DNA of 64,000 bases. Origin: an uncultured Gemmatimonadaceae bacterium. Lineage in GTDB: Bacteria; Gemmatimonadota; Gemmatimonadetes; Gemmatimonadales; Gemmatimonadaceae. The first letter of the stretch is position 1. Every line of letters begins with the position of its first letter. Where the stretch lies: positions 192,001 to 256,000 of the forward strand of contig CAWHHI010000005.1 of assembly GCA_963829055.1 (NCBI GenBank), written 5' to 3'. Position numbers and translations under genes: made by a program. This document shows, piece after piece, positions 1 through 11,104 of this stretch. The notes under the pieces were generated by a model that had not been told where the DNA came from, searched no databases, and saw nothing but the letters and a program-made list of their open reading frames with translations.

Positions 1-180
1 CTCGGTGAGGGCCAGGGACACCGTGAGCACGACGACCAGCACCGCCGTCATGAGGAGCGGCAGCTTTTGTTCGAGCGACAACTGCCGGACGCGGGGACCA
101 GCAGCGGTCGTAGGCTCCGACGTCGTTGGCGGCAGGGCGATCGCCCGGTGAGAGAGGTATGAGAGTAGCGGTGGGGTCAT
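1..180 (-). CDS. N-terminal part of a membrane protein, probably a sensor (continues off the window edge)
   Basis: Manual translation from ATG at 180: MTPPLL...RQLSLEQKLPLLMTAVLVVVLTVSLALTE, open to position 1. Basic patch followed by a TM helix. Confidence 0.5.
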   Translation of the reverse strand, partial: MTPPLLSYLSHRAIALPPTTSEPTTAAGPRVRQLSLEQKLPLLMTAVLVVVLTVSLALTE

Positions 181-402
181 GCGACCGCCAGACGCGATAC
201 GTTGTGCGTAGACGACTCATGCGCGTCAGTGTTTCCGGCTGATCTGTTACGCGAGCATTCCGGCATCATTTCGATGAGCTACGACCAATTCGACCCGAGT
301 TCTCACGGCCAGGACGCAGCAACGAGAGAACAGGTTGCGACGCCACCCGATGGGTCCGCTTCCGTTCCGCCTAACGCCGATGACAGTGGGACATCGGTGG
401 GG

Positions 403-492
403 GACCCCGCGCGCGCGATGGGCGGCGACCTGACCGTGCGCAGCACGGTCGGCGTCGGCACCACGCTTACACTGAGCCTCGAGCGCGCTTGA
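403..492 (+). pseudogene. Histidine kinase HATPase_c C-terminal remnant
   Basis: DPARAMGGDLTVRSTVGVGTTLTLSL aligns with DLARGMGGDLTAESRLGSGSTFILTLP (1307..) and DLARAMGGDIAVQSTPGVGSRFILTLP (28635..). No N or G1 box upstream. Confidence 0.55.
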
Positions 493-1217
493 TTCACGTC
501 CATCATGGCCTCCCCCTCCCCCTCCCTCCCTCCGATCTCGATCCCGCAGACGTCCCGCCGCCTCGGTTCGTGCCGCTGCGTTTCACGCACCGGACGCTCG
601 ACGAGTCCCGCGCGCGAGCTCACGCGTTCTTCGAGGAGATGAACCGCCGCCGCACGACGCGGCATTTCGCCGCCGACGATGTGCCTCGCGAGCTCATCGA
701 ATGCGCGATCCGCACCGCCGGGACCGCGCCGAGCGGAGCACACCAGCAACCGTGGACGTTCGTCGCCGTGTCGGACCCGGCGCTCAAACGCCAGATCCGC
801 GACGCCGCCGAAGCGGAGGAGCGCGAGTTTTACAACGGGAAAGCGCCGCGCGAGTGGCTCGAGGCGCTCGCGCCTCTTGGAACCGACGAACACAAGCCGC
901 ACCTCACGGACGCTCCGTGGCTGGTGGTCCTGTTCCGCCAGGCCTATGGGCTCGACGCGACTGGCCATAAGCGAACGCTCTACTACACCGAGGAGTCGTG
1001 CGGCATTGCCGCCGGGTTCTTCATTGCCGCGGTTCACCAAATGGGACTGGTGACGCTCACGCACACGCCGAACCCGATGGGGTTCCTGCGCGAGTTGCTC
1101 GGCCGCCCGGTGAACGAGCGGGCGATGCTCATCATGCCGGTGGGCTACCCGGCGGACGGCGCGCAGGTACCGGACCTCTCACGGAAAGCGCTCGATGAGA
1201 TCGCGGTCTGGCGGTGA
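489..1217 (+). CDS. Nitroreductase family, iodotyrosine deiodinase (IYD)-like
   Basis: RRTTRHF, TAPSGAHQQPW, EEREFY, LGTDEHKPHL, LVTLTHTP and VPDLSRK are IYD-subgroup motifs. Start uncertain. Confidence 0.85.
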   Translation: MIHVHHGLPLPLPPSDLDPADVPPPRFVPLRFTHRTLDESRARAHAFFEEMNRRRTTRHFAADDVPRELIECAIRTAGTAPSGAHQQPWTFVAVSDPALKRQIRDAAEAEEREFYNGKAPREWLEALAPLGTDEHKPHLTDAPWLVVLFRQAYGLDATGHKRTLYYTEESCGIAAGFFIAAVHQMGLVTLTHTPNPMGFLRELLGRPVNERAMLIMPVGYPADGAQVPDLSRKALDEIAVWR

Positions 1218-1306
1218 GGCGTTCGGACACGCGGTGACGTCGCCTAACGCGCAGACCCGGGCTGCCCTCGTCCGCCGAGGGCTGGTGGCGCAACGCGGCG
1301 GTGCGG

Positions 1307-4175
1307 TCAGTTAGCGGGTCGGTACGCAGGGAGCGTCAGAATGAACGTGCTTCCGCTCCCCAGCCTGCTCTCGGCCGTGAGGTCCCCGCCCATGCCGCGG
1401 GCGAGGTCTCGGCTGATGGCCAGACCGAGCCCGACGCCTTCGTGAGGTCGCGTTAGGCGCTGATCCACCTGGACGAACGGCTCGAAGATGCTCGGCAGCT
1501 TGTCCGCGGCAACGCCGACGCCCGTGTCCGCCACCGCGATGGCGACACCGCCATCGACGCTCCGGCAGGCCACGCGGATTTCGCCGCCCGGATCGGTGAA
1601 CTTGATCGCGTTCGTCAGCACGTTCAGCAGGATCTGCTGCAGCTTCTCGCGGTCCGCGCGCACGCGCAGCGTCGGGTCGCAGCCACCGAGTACGTAGGTC
1701 AGTCCCTTGCCGCGCACCTGCGGCACGACCAGCGCTTCCGCCGCCGCCAGCGCTTCACCGATCGGGATGTCGGCCAACTCGTAGCGCACCGTTCCCGTCT
1801 CGATGCGCGTGTAGTTGAGCACCTGATTGATCAGCCCCAGCAGATGCTTCTGGCTCTGCTGGATGCGCGCGAGGTCACCCCGTTGCTGCTCGTTGATCGG
1901 GCCGCGGATACCCATCTCCAGGAGCTCCGCGTAGCCGCCGATGGCGTTGAGCGGCGTCCGCAGCTCGTGCGACATCACCGCCAGGAACTCACCCTTCGCG
2001 CGGTTCGCAGTCTCCGCGTCCGCGCGCGCCGCCTCTGCCTCAGCGCGTGCACGTTCGCTCTCGGCGAGCAGACGCTCCACCTCGTGCCGGGCGAGCACCT
2101 CTTCAGTGACGTCGGTGCCGTGGGCGATGACGCCGGCTCGGGCGTTGTCGCCTTCGACGAGCGGTAGATAGACGAAGTTCAGAAATCGCTGTTCAGGCGG
2201 AGCGCCGGGAGTACGCGCAACGAACAACGGAAGCTCACGTCCGACGAACGGTTCACCCGTCTCGAGCACGCTGCCGAGCAGGGCCTCCAGGCCTTGATTC
2301 CTCAACTCCGGCAGCGCGTCGAACGCTGGACGCCCGACGATCTCACGGTGCCCGATGAGCTGATAGTACGCTTCGTTGGCTCGCTCGAAGACGTGCGTGG
2401 GGCCACGCAGCACGGCGAGAAACGCGGGCGCCTGCTGGAACACGGAGACGAGACGGCTCCGTTCCACCTCGAGCTCGCGCAGCAACCGCTCGCGTTCCTC
2501 GTTGGCCGCGCGGGCCGGCGTGACGTCCTTGAACAGAATCGCCACCCGCCGCTCGTCAGGGGTACCGACGCGGAACGCAGACGCGTCGTACCAACGTCCG
2601 AGTGGTTCGGCACCCGCATCGAAGCGAATGGACTCTCCGGTGAGCGCGACACGCCCGTAAATCTCGAACCAGTGTTGCTCGATGCCCGGTGCGAGCTCCC
2701 GCATGGTGCGCCCCACGACGTTCGCGAGTCCCGTCTGCTGCTCGAACGCGGGGTTCGCTTCGACGAAGCGATAATCTCTTGCGACACCGTTCTCATCGAA
2801 CAGCACCTCGATCACGCAGAACCCTTCGTCGAGCGACTCGAACAGCGATTGATACCGCGCCTCGCTCGCTCGCAACGCCGTCTCGGCCCGTTGGCGTTCG
2901 GTCACCTCGCGTCCTTCCGGGACAATGAGCACGACGTTCCCATGCTCATCGCGCACCGGGTGCAGCGAGATGTCGAACACCGTCATCTCGCCGGAGCGGC
3001 GTCGTATCGGCGCTTCGTATCTCACGAACTCGCCTGTCGCCGCGCGGATGACCCCCTGGCGGACGAGCTCCGTCGCTCCGGGTGTGAACGCGAACCATGG
3101 GCCTTCCCAGAATGGGCGACCAACGACGTCCTCGCGGGCGCTCCCATCGAACTCCAGTGACGCGCGGTTCGCCTCGAGCAGCGTTCCGTCGGGCGCCATC
3201 AGGCCAATGTACTCGTACGTGCCGTCGTAGATCGCACGCAGCCGTGCTGCGCTCTCGCGCAGCGCCTGTTCGGCGCGCACGCGCTCCGAGACCTCCCGCC
3301 AGAAGAGCGCGATGCCGCCGTCTTCCGTGGGGTACGCATCGATCTCGGAGATGACGATCGTAGCCTTCTCCCACGTAGTGATGCGTGAGGTGAGCCTCGA
3401 CGCGCTCGGTCATGACGCGCCGGTACTGCCGCTCGGCCTCCGTCCCGATCGACGCCGGGAATGCTTCCCAGTGCGTCAAGCCGAGCAACTCCTCACGCGA
3501 CTTGCCGAGCGCGCGTACGGCGGCGCGATTCACCGTGAGGATGCGAAAGTCCGCATCCATCGTTAGGTGCTCATCGGCCACCTGATCGAGCACCCGAGCC
3601 GCGCGCAGTTCGGCCCGCGCGGTCTCGGCGAGCAGCCGCGTGCGCTCGCGATCGGCCAGTATGCGGTGCGTCGTCTCCTGACACACCACGAGTGTCCCGC
3701 CGATAGAGCCGTCGTCGTCGCGAACCGGACTATAGCTGTAGGTCCACCATACGTCCTCGAGCCGACCGTTGCGCTCGATGGGCAGGTACTGGTCCTCGTG
3801 CCACGTCGGCTCGCCCGTGGTCATCACCTGCTCGATCTGCGGACCGATGGCGTGCCAGATGTCGGTCCAGAATTCACGTCCACGCGCGCCGAGCGCGCGC
3901 GGGTGGCGGTCGCCCTGCCCGAGGCTCGGGCGGTACGCATCGTTGTAGATCTGCACGAGGTCGGGCCCCCACCACAGGAACATGGGGTTCCGCGACGCGA
4001 GCAGAATGTCGACCGTGGTCCGAAGGCTGGATGACCAGCCCTCCACCGGACCCACCGGAGTCGAGCCCCAGTCGACACCGCGACATCGCTCGCGCATCTC
4101 GCCAGGGCCGACGAACAGCGCGTTAGGCTCCGCGCGCTTGCCATGCGTTCTCGTGCCGGGCGTACCCGTTGCCAT
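1307..4175 (-). CDS. Multi-PAS sensor histidine kinase (one frameshift near 3345)
   Basis: ORF 2946..4265 (PAS; WWTYSYSPVRD) joins 1307..3280 (PAS x3, MSHELRTPLNAI, NAIKFT, GLGLAI). Removing one base restores RHLEIDAYP. Confidence 0.85.
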
Positions 4176-4336
4176 TCCTGACCCTCGACTCATCAGACCC
4201 GGCTGACCGACACGGTGGGCAGCCACCGAGAATATGCGGCCCGCCCGGGGGTTCTGCACGTGCACCCGAGGGCGGGCCGCATATTCCGACCATCAATTAC
4301 GGCGCCTCCTACTATGGCGCGTTTTGCGACGCTCGA

Positions 4337-4967
4337 TCAGACGGTCGTGTCGAGATCACTCTCGGTAGTCTGCTGTCGCGAGCGGCCCGACGTCTTGCTG
4401 CCGCGGGACGATACATCCGCACCGCGCTGCGTTCTTGGCGTGACGTCGCGATCCATCCTCGCATCGCCCGTCAACGCTTCGATGTTGATCACGCGCTCGG
4501 CCAGCTCGGTGAGGAGGTGGTCCGTCTCGCCTTCCTCGTCGAGCGTCTGCTGCAGAACTCTCGCGTCATCTTCGAGGCCGAGCAGCCGGGCGTACGTGCG
4601 AGCGCAGCCGTAGCCGGCCATCTCGTAGTGCTCCACGCGCTGGGCGGCCGAGATCAGTGCGGCATCGAGCACGTCCGAATCCGCGCGCTCCTTCATGAGC
4701 TCTTCGCCCTCTTCCAACAGGCCTTTCATACCCTTGCACGTGTGGCCGCCGAGGTCCTGTCCGGACTGCTCACCAATCTGCTCGAGCCGACGCAGCTGTT
4801 CCTCGGTCTGACGCAGAATGCGTCTCGAACGCCCGACGAAGCTCCGGGTGGTTCGTCTTCTTGATCATCTTGGGAAGTGCTTCAATGATCTGCTCCTCGG
4901 CGCTGTGGAGGTCGCGGAGCTGCTCGAGATAGAGGTCCTGCAGCGATTCGAGAGCCATGTATGCCAT
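4337..4967 (-). CDS. Ferritin-like DUF892 (YciE/YciF family) protein, frameshift near 4815
   Basis: LQDLYLEQLRDLHSAEEQIIEALPKM plus MKGLLEEGEE...AAQRVEHYEMAGYG...TLDEEGETD. Confidence 0.85.
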
Positions 4968-5389
4968 CCTCGATAACGGTGAATAATTGGGCTAGCCATG
5001 CGTGTGTTTGCAGGTCTCGGGCCTACGGTACCGAGCTGTGTCGAGCGCTGCGCTTGCGGTCGTCATGCTCGAATGGCAGTGCTCGTTGCGAGCCCGGCTG
5101 TGTGATTCCCGAGCGGTGGCGCGGCTGGCTGTGAAGCGGTGCGCTTCACTGGGAGCGCTCATCCCATCGATCGGTACAAGGCTGATCATCGTTAGGCGGT
5201 GACTCGCGGGCGGACTGCCATCAGCAATACGGGGCACTCGGGGCGTTATGCCTTACGAGAGCCTTGCATCCGACGCCTCCCCGAGCGCACTGACCTGGGG
5301 TAGCGTCACACCCTGGCCTCGTTACGCGACACGCCTCGGCTCGGGAGCCCCTCCGGGCTGTCGCGTGCTCATTTCCTCCCGTCCGGTTC

Positions 5390-7550
5390 ATGCGTTCTTC
5401 CTTGCTTGCCTGCCTGCTGCTGCCCTCGGTCCTGACGTCGAACGCGGTCGCCCAGCGTGCGACCGCGCGCGATTCCGCGCAACGCGACTCTGCTCAATCG
5501 CTGCCGGGGGTAACGATCGCGGCCACGCGGTCGCCCGCCTCCATCCTGACCACGCCGCTCGCGGTCACGAGGCTTTCGGCGCCCGAGTTGCGGTCCCTGG
5601 GCGGGTTCGGACTGGATGAGGCGCTCTCGCGGGTTCCGGGCGTCATCGCCCAGTCGCGGTATGGCACGAGCGACATCCGGCTGATGATCCGCGGCTTCGG
5701 CGCGCGCGGGGCCGGCGACCGGTCGAACTCCGGCACCTCGCGAGGCGTTCGCGTGCTGCTCGACGGGTTTCCCGAAACCGAGCCGGATGGACGGACCGCG
5801 CTCGACCAGCTCGATCTCGCGACGGCGAATGGAATAGAGGTGATCCGCTCCAACGCGTCCGCGCTCTGGGGCAATGCGGCGGGCGGCATCGTCAACGTCG
5901 TCACAATGCCCACGACGACCGTACCACTGTACGAAGTGCAGCCCATCTTCGGAGACTTCGGGCTCGCGCGTTATGCGGTACGCACATCGATGCCCATCGG
6001 CGGGGACGGCGTGCTGTGGGCGAACTTCACGAACACGTCGTTCGACGGCTGGCGCGAGCACTCGGACGCGCGCCGAGCGCTCGTGAACGGTGGCGCGGTT
6101 GGACGAGCTGGGGAGAAGACGCGGCTCGGCCTGTTCTTCACGGCCGCGAATAATCTCATGCACGTGCCCGGCCCGCTCACGCAGGCGCAGGTGGACGCGG
6201 ACCCCAATCAGGCGAATGCGACGTATCTGCAGCGCGATGAGCGGCGCTACAATCGCGTCGGGCGGCTCGGGGTCACTGTCGATCACGACGTGAGCGGGTC
6301 GTTCGCGCTGTCGTCGATGCTCTACGTGAACCCCAAGTATCTGCAGCGCTCCGAGCGCAACACGTTTCGCGACTTCACGCGCTACCACTTCGGCGGCAGT
6401 GTCATGGCGCGGAAGAGCCTGACCACCGCCAGCACGCACTCCCTCATCACGCTCGGCGTGGATGACGCCTACCAGGACGGCGCGATCCTGTTCTACACCC
6501 TGTCACCGACGCAGGACCGCGGCACGACGCTCACGGACAACAAGGGCGAGGGGGCGAACAACTTCGGCGTGTTTCTCCAGGACGAGGTCAGCGTCGGCGA
6601 ACGCCTAACGCTGTCGCTGGGCGCGCGCTACGACGCCGTCGCGTACAACTACCGGAGCTTTCTCCCCAACCCGCCCGTGTCCTCCGACCACCGCAACTTC
6701 TCGCGCGTGTCGCCGAAGCTCGGCGTCAGCTGGTTGATGAATGCGACGCACAGCGTGTACGCGAACGTGGGCGGCGGGATCGAGGTACCCGCGGGCAACG
6801 AGACGGATCCCACGCCCGGCGCACCGCCGGCGCTGCTCAATCCGCTGCTCGACCCGATCCGCTCGACGACGTACGAGGTGGGCTTGAAGTCCGTGCCCGC
6901 GTCCGCGAGCGTCCGCCCGTTCGTCCTGGGGTACGACGTCGCGCTGTACGACATCGAGGTGACGAACGAGATCGTGCCGTACAACGGTGGCCGCTACTAC
7001 CTGACCGCTGGCAAGGCACGACGTCAGGGGGCCGAGGTGGGCCTCAATGCGTCGGTCGTCGTTAGGCCTGTTCGGGACGGCGGCGCTCACGTTCTCGAAC
7101 AACACGTACACGGACTACGTCGTGGATTCCGCGGTGATCTTCCCGACGGATCCGACGAAGGTCGGGAAGAAAGCCGACTACAGCGACAACGACGTGGTGG
7201 GTGTGCCGAGCGCGCTCGTGAACATCGAGATCGGCACCGAGGTGCCGGGGTTTCGCGCGCTCCTGCTCAAGGCTGGGGTCGAGCACTCGGGGAAGTACTT
7301 CGCGGATGACGCGAACAAGGTCGGCGTTCCGTCGTTCACGATCCTGAACCTGACGGCGGAGCTTCGCGACCCGATCCTGACGGTGGGCGACGTGGGCCTG
7401 CGTGGCTTCGTGACGGTGAAAAACGCGACGAACAAACGCTACATCGGCTCGGCGTTCCTGAACCCGGACCTGGTGGGCGGTGCACCGGCGGCGTTCGAGC
7501 CGGGCATGCCACGGGCGGTCATCGTTTCGTTATCGTTAGGCAGACGGTAA
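5390..7550 (+). CDS. TonB-dependent outer membrane receptor, frameshift near 7050
   Basis: Signal peptide, plug motifs (IRGFG, IEVIRS, ALWGNAAGGIVN), barrel strands; the C-terminal part in ORF 7047..7550 ends EPGMPRAVIVSLSLG. Confidence 0.85.
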
Positions 7551-7585
7551 GGACTGGGGACTGGGGACTGGGGACTGGGGACTGG
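7551..7585. repeat. Heptamer tandem repeat (GGACTGG)x5
   Basis: Read directly, immediately after the TonB receptor stop codon. Confidence 0.95.
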
Positions 7586-7718
7586 GTAGTTCAAGGCGCC
7601 CAGCGAGCAGCGCGTAGGTCGCTGGGCGCTAATAGCAGCAGCGGGCAGCGTGCGGCCGCAGCATGCAGCCGTCGGCAGAGGTTCCCAGCGTGCAGCTGCA
7701 CGCAGCTAGGCGATTGCG

Positions 7719-8243
7719 CTACGCGTCCGGTTCCTCGAAGAACAGGATAGGCTCGACGTCCCCCAGCGATGAGGCAGCGAGCCACGCCTCGAGACCGTCC
7801 GCGATGCGCCGCCGCTCCGTCTCACCGAGCGCGGCGAATCCGGCGACCAGCTTCTCCTGCACCGTCTCCGGCGAGCGCCTGAGAACAGCGTCTCCCGCTG
7901 GTGTCAACGACAGCTCGGTGCGACGACGGTCTGTGTCGGACGTGCGCCGCGATACCAGTTCGCGTTTGACGAGTCGGCTCACGACTTCCGACACGGAGCT
8001 CTGCGTCGTCCGCGTCCGCCGGGCGAGATCGATCAGCGACTGGCCGGGCTCCAGCGCCAACTGGCGCAGCACGAAATGCTGCGCGGCGCTCAGGCCGAAC
8101 GAACGCTCCAATGCACGGGTGGCGACACGCAGGGAGTGCACGATGCGGCGAAGGCTATCCATCGCCCTCGCCGCATAAGGATCGCCGTCGACCGCAGCGC
8201 GCGCCGCTGGCTTGGCCGTGCGCCGCGCTGACTTGGCTTGCAT
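7719..8243 (-). CDS. MarR family transcriptional regulator
   Basis: GLSAAQHFVL, SSVSEVVSRLVKRELVSR, DRRRTELSLTPAG winged helix. Confidence 0.85.
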   Translation of the reverse strand: MQAKSARRTAKPAARAAVDGDPYAARAMDSLRRIVHSLRVATRALERSFGLSAAQHFVLRQLALEPGQSLIDLARRTRTTQSSVSEVVSRLVKRELVSRRTSDTDRRRTELSLTPAGDAVLRRSPETVQEKLVAGFAALGETERRRIADGLEAWLAASSLGDVEPILFFEEPDA

Positions 8244-8244
8244 G

Positions 8245-8700
8245 CTAGAATCGCTCCCCTTGCGCCTCGCGCGCTTGACTGCCCAACGGCCGGATGCGGG
8301 ACCACATTGTATAGAAGAACACCGCCAGTCCTGCAACCTGCAGCAATCCGGTCGATGCCGTGACAGCGCGCAGCCACAGCGCGGCTGTTCCGGACCGCGC
8401 GATCTCGCTCACCACTCGCAGCCCGGTGCCACCGGCGACAAGCCAGTAGGCCACCTCCGCGGCGCGCGGAGAATAGCGCGCGTCGTCCTTCGCTGGCCTC
8501 GGGAACAACCAGAGGGCGACGCCGAGGATCATCATCATGACGAACCCCACGAGGATCGCGTGCGTGTGGGCGCTCGTCATGTACGGCGACGGGAACCGCT
8601 GATACAACTCGCGCTCCACCATCATCCACAGCCCGAGCGCGAGGCCTAACGCGAGAAAGGCGATGCCGGTCTTGAGGTAGCGGCGTACGAGCGAATGCAT
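8245..8700 (-). CDS. 4-TM membrane protein, heme-copper oxidase subunit I/NnrS-like fragment family
   Basis: Four hydrophobic helices; SAHTHAILVGFVMMMILGVALWLFPR. Confidence 0.65.
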   Translation of the reverse strand: MHSLVRRYLKTGIAFLALGLALGLWMMVERELYQRFPSPYMTSAHTHAILVGFVMMMILGVALWLFPRPAKDDARYSPRAAEVAYWLVAGGTGLRVVSEIARSGTAALWLRAVTASTGLLQVAGLAVFFYTMWSRIRPLGSQAREAQGERF

Positions 8701-8703
8701 GGC

Positions 8704-9183
8704 TCAGCCGGCCGGCATGCGGCGCAGCGGGACCGGGGCCGATCGCGTGGCGACCACGGGTGCCGCGCCGCGCTGCGGTGGCCGGCCGTCGATCGTCCGC
8801 CAGAGATTGTAGATGAACACGTACGCGGCCGCGGCAGCCAGGAGTCCGCCGACGGCGACGACGATGCGCGCTGGCATCCCGAACGACGTGTTCGGCAGCA
8901 ACGCGAGCCCGCCGACCATCAACGTCAACCCGCCGTTCGCGAGCCACCACTGCGCCACGGCGAACCGGCGACTGTGCAACGGGTGCCCGGTGAACCGCGG
9001 AATGACGTGCAGCGCGACGCCGAAGATCATCATCGTCACGAAGCCGAGGAGGTTCATGTGCAGGTGCGCAGCGCGGTACACCGTCAACGGCGGGTACACG
9101 GCCATCGCGACGCCGAGCGTGACGCCCGCACCGAGCCACGCGAGGCTCGACTTGAGAAAGGCCTTCACTGCCCAGTCCATCAC
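8704..9183 (-). CDS. 4-TM membrane protein, paralog of 8245..8700
   Basis: AAHLHMNLLGFVTMMIFGVALHVIPRF. Confidence 0.65.
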   Translation of the reverse strand: MMDWAVKAFLKSSLAWLGAGVTLGVAMAVYPPLTVYRAAHLHMNLLGFVTMMIFGVALHVIPRFTGHPLHSRRFAVAQWWLANGGLTLMVGGLALLPNTSFGMPARIVVAVGGLLAAAAAYVFIYNLWRTIDGRPPQRGAAPVVATRSAPVPLRRMPAG

Positions 9184-9554
9184 TCCCCCACTCGCGCCGA
9201 GGTGAGCGAAACCGGCGCCGCGCTTCGGGTACCCGGGCGAGGCGTGATCGTCGCCAGCAGCACGAACTCCGCATCGACGGCGCTCATGCCGTGCAGCTCG
9301 TTAGGCTCGTAGGCGATGACCTCGCCGGCCCTCACCTGCCGTTGTTCCTGCTCGCCACTTACGATGCCGCGGCCGTCCAGCACCGTCAGGATCACGGTCG
9401 AGCCGTTTCGATGCGGCGCCACCGTTTGACCCGGTCCGATCCGGAAAACGACGAGGCGTGCATCAGGGGTATCGTGAACGATGGCGGTGGCCGGACGCGT
9501 ACTGTTCGCGGCGGTCGCGGTGGCGGCAGCGCGCCGTGCGTCGAGCGTCTTCAT
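9180..9554 (-). CDS. Cupin domain protein
   Basis: GQTVAPHRN...VLDGRG...GEVIAYEPNELHGM. Start MKTLD overlaps the upstream stop. Confidence 0.8.
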   Translation of the reverse strand: MKTLDARRAAATATAANSTRPATAIVHDTPDARLVVFRIGPGQTVAPHRNGSTVILTVLDGRGIVSGEQEQRQVRAGEVIAYEPNELHGMSAVDAEFVLLATITPRPGTRSAAPVSLTSARVGE

Positions 9555-9787
9555 TGGGTGTCTCCGATTCGGATAACTGTGACGCGGGTGATCATCGCGT
9601 CGAGCGCTACGAGCAATGCATCGACGTCGGCACCGTCGCGCCGCGCCGCGTCTTCGACCGAAGCGTGACCGCCGCAGCAGGCATCGATGCCGAAGGCATT
9701 GAACGTGGCCACGCACGCCGGATGGTGAACGAGGATCTCGTTCACCGTCTCGGTCCGGTCGACCTGGAAATGTCGGGAGTGTGTCAT
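9551..9787 (-). CDS. DUF542 / ScdA(RIC) N-terminal domain protein
   Basis: TVNEILVHHP...FNAFGIDACCGG, matching the DfCCgG signature. Confidence 0.85.
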   Translation of the reverse strand: MTHSRHFQVDRTETVNEILVHHPACVATFNAFGIDACCGGHASVEDAARRDGADVDALLVALDAMITRVTVIRIGDTQ

Positions 9788-9790
9788 CGG

Positions 9791-10807
9791 TCAGTGCGAC
9801 ATCGTGGTGAACTGCTTCGGCGTCCCGACCTGAATGATCCCGACCGCACCCTTCTCGGCGTCGGCGAAGCTGTGGGTCACGAATGGGTAGAGCCCTTCGC
9901 CGCTCGCGTCCTTGTCGAACACCGTCTCGAACACCGCGCCGCCGCCGGCCGGAACCATGTACGTCTGCACACCCTCGAGCACGTGCGCTGGGTTGGCGTC
10001 GGGGTAGACGCGATCGAACACGGCGCCGACGATGTGGAAGTCACTGTTGAACGACGGTCCGGCGTTCACGACGAACATTCGCACGCGGTCGCCGACCTCG
10101 ACCTTCAGCGGCGTTTCCTTGTACTGGCCCGCGCGGCCGTTGAACACGACGTAGCTCGCCGTCTTCGCCATCGCCGCCTGCCAGTCGGGCGTCACCGCGC
10201 CAGTCGTCGAGTCGCGCTTCGTGTAGTACTCGCTCTGGACGAGCACGAACTCCTTGTCGGCCTTCGTACCCCAGCCGTCGCTCGGATCGACGATGATGGC
10301 GAAGTACATCCCCTGCATGATGTGCATCGTCACCGGCGGCGTGCCGCAGTGCACCATGTAGGCGCCCGGATCCCTGGCTACGAACTCGAACGAGATCGTG
10401 TCACCTGGGTTGAGCATCCGGTACGCGACGTTCGCCGGAATACGCGCCGCGTGAAAGTCGATCGAGTGCGGCATCGGCGCCTTGTTCACCACCTTGATGC
10501 GAACGCGATCACCCTCGCGCACACGGATCACCGGACCCGGCACGGTGCCGCCGAACGTCCATCCTTCGTACTTCACGCCCTTCGCGATCTCGACCGTGTC
10601 GTGCGTGATGGGGATGATGAACTCTTTTATGGCTGGGTCCGACGCCGGTGCGATCCGCGCGTCATAGACCGGGCGCGTGGCGGTGATCGTCTTGCCGAAG
10701 TCGACACGCTCGACGGTGGGACCGGAGCGCATCGCGGTGGCCTCGAAGCTGACCGCGCCGACAACTGAGAGAGCTATGATCGAAGGAACGAGCTTGGCCG
10801 AACGCAT
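9791..10807 (-). CDS. nirK: Copper-containing nitrite reductase (two-domain multicopper)
   Basis: Signal peptide; HSIDFH (type 1/type 2 His, catalytic Asp), HC..PPVTMHIMQGM, SDFHIVG (catalytic His), FVTHSF. Confidence 0.8.
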   Translation of the reverse strand: MRSAKLVPSIIALSVVGAVSFEATAMRSGPTVERVDFGKTITATRPVYDARIAPASDPAIKEFIIPITHDTVEIAKGVKYEGWTFGGTVPGPVIRVREGDRVRIKVVNKAPMPHSIDFHAARIPANVAYRMLNPGDTISFEFVARDPGAYMVHCGTPPVTMHIMQGMYFAIIVDPSDGWGTKADKEFVLVQSEYYTKRDSTTGAVTPDWQAAMAKTASYVVFNGRAGQYKETPLKVEVGDRVRMFVVNAGPSFNSDFHIVGAVFDRVYPDANPAHVLEGVQTYMVPAGGGAVFETVFDKDASGEGLYPFVTHSFADAEKGAVGIIQVGTPKQFTTMSH

Positions 10808-10954
10808 GGACTACCTCCGAAGAGTGGTGGTGCTGAACTCAGGGAGGAAATTGCTTCGGACCCGATGTACTTACGGTCGGAGAAAGGCTGAATCGCTGTG
10901 AGGGGAAGCCCGGTCGGCACCCGCGCGTGTCGGGGAATCGCCTGACAGAGACAT

Positions 10955-11103
10955 TGTCATTCCGAGCGGAGCCGCGAAGCGGCGCGGGTGCCCTCTGGGC
11001 GCACGAGGAATCGCGACCATACGGGTAGAGGGCTCTCTACCGGGACGCCAAGGATTCCTCGACTCGCTTCGCTCGCTCGGAATGACAACCCGCTCGGAAT
11101 GAC
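10955..11103. repeat. Palindromic REP/MITE-like element, copy A
   Basis: TGTCATTCCGAGCG...GAGGAATC...GTAGAGGGCTCTCTAC...GATTCCTC...CGCTCGGAATGACA, plus an extra right end. Confidence 0.9.
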
Positions 11104-11104
11104 G

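Noticed and set aside
5200..5389. Riboswitch upstream of the TonB receptor
   Set aside because: No recognisable cobalamin or TPP core motifs by eye; an Infernal scan would be needed.
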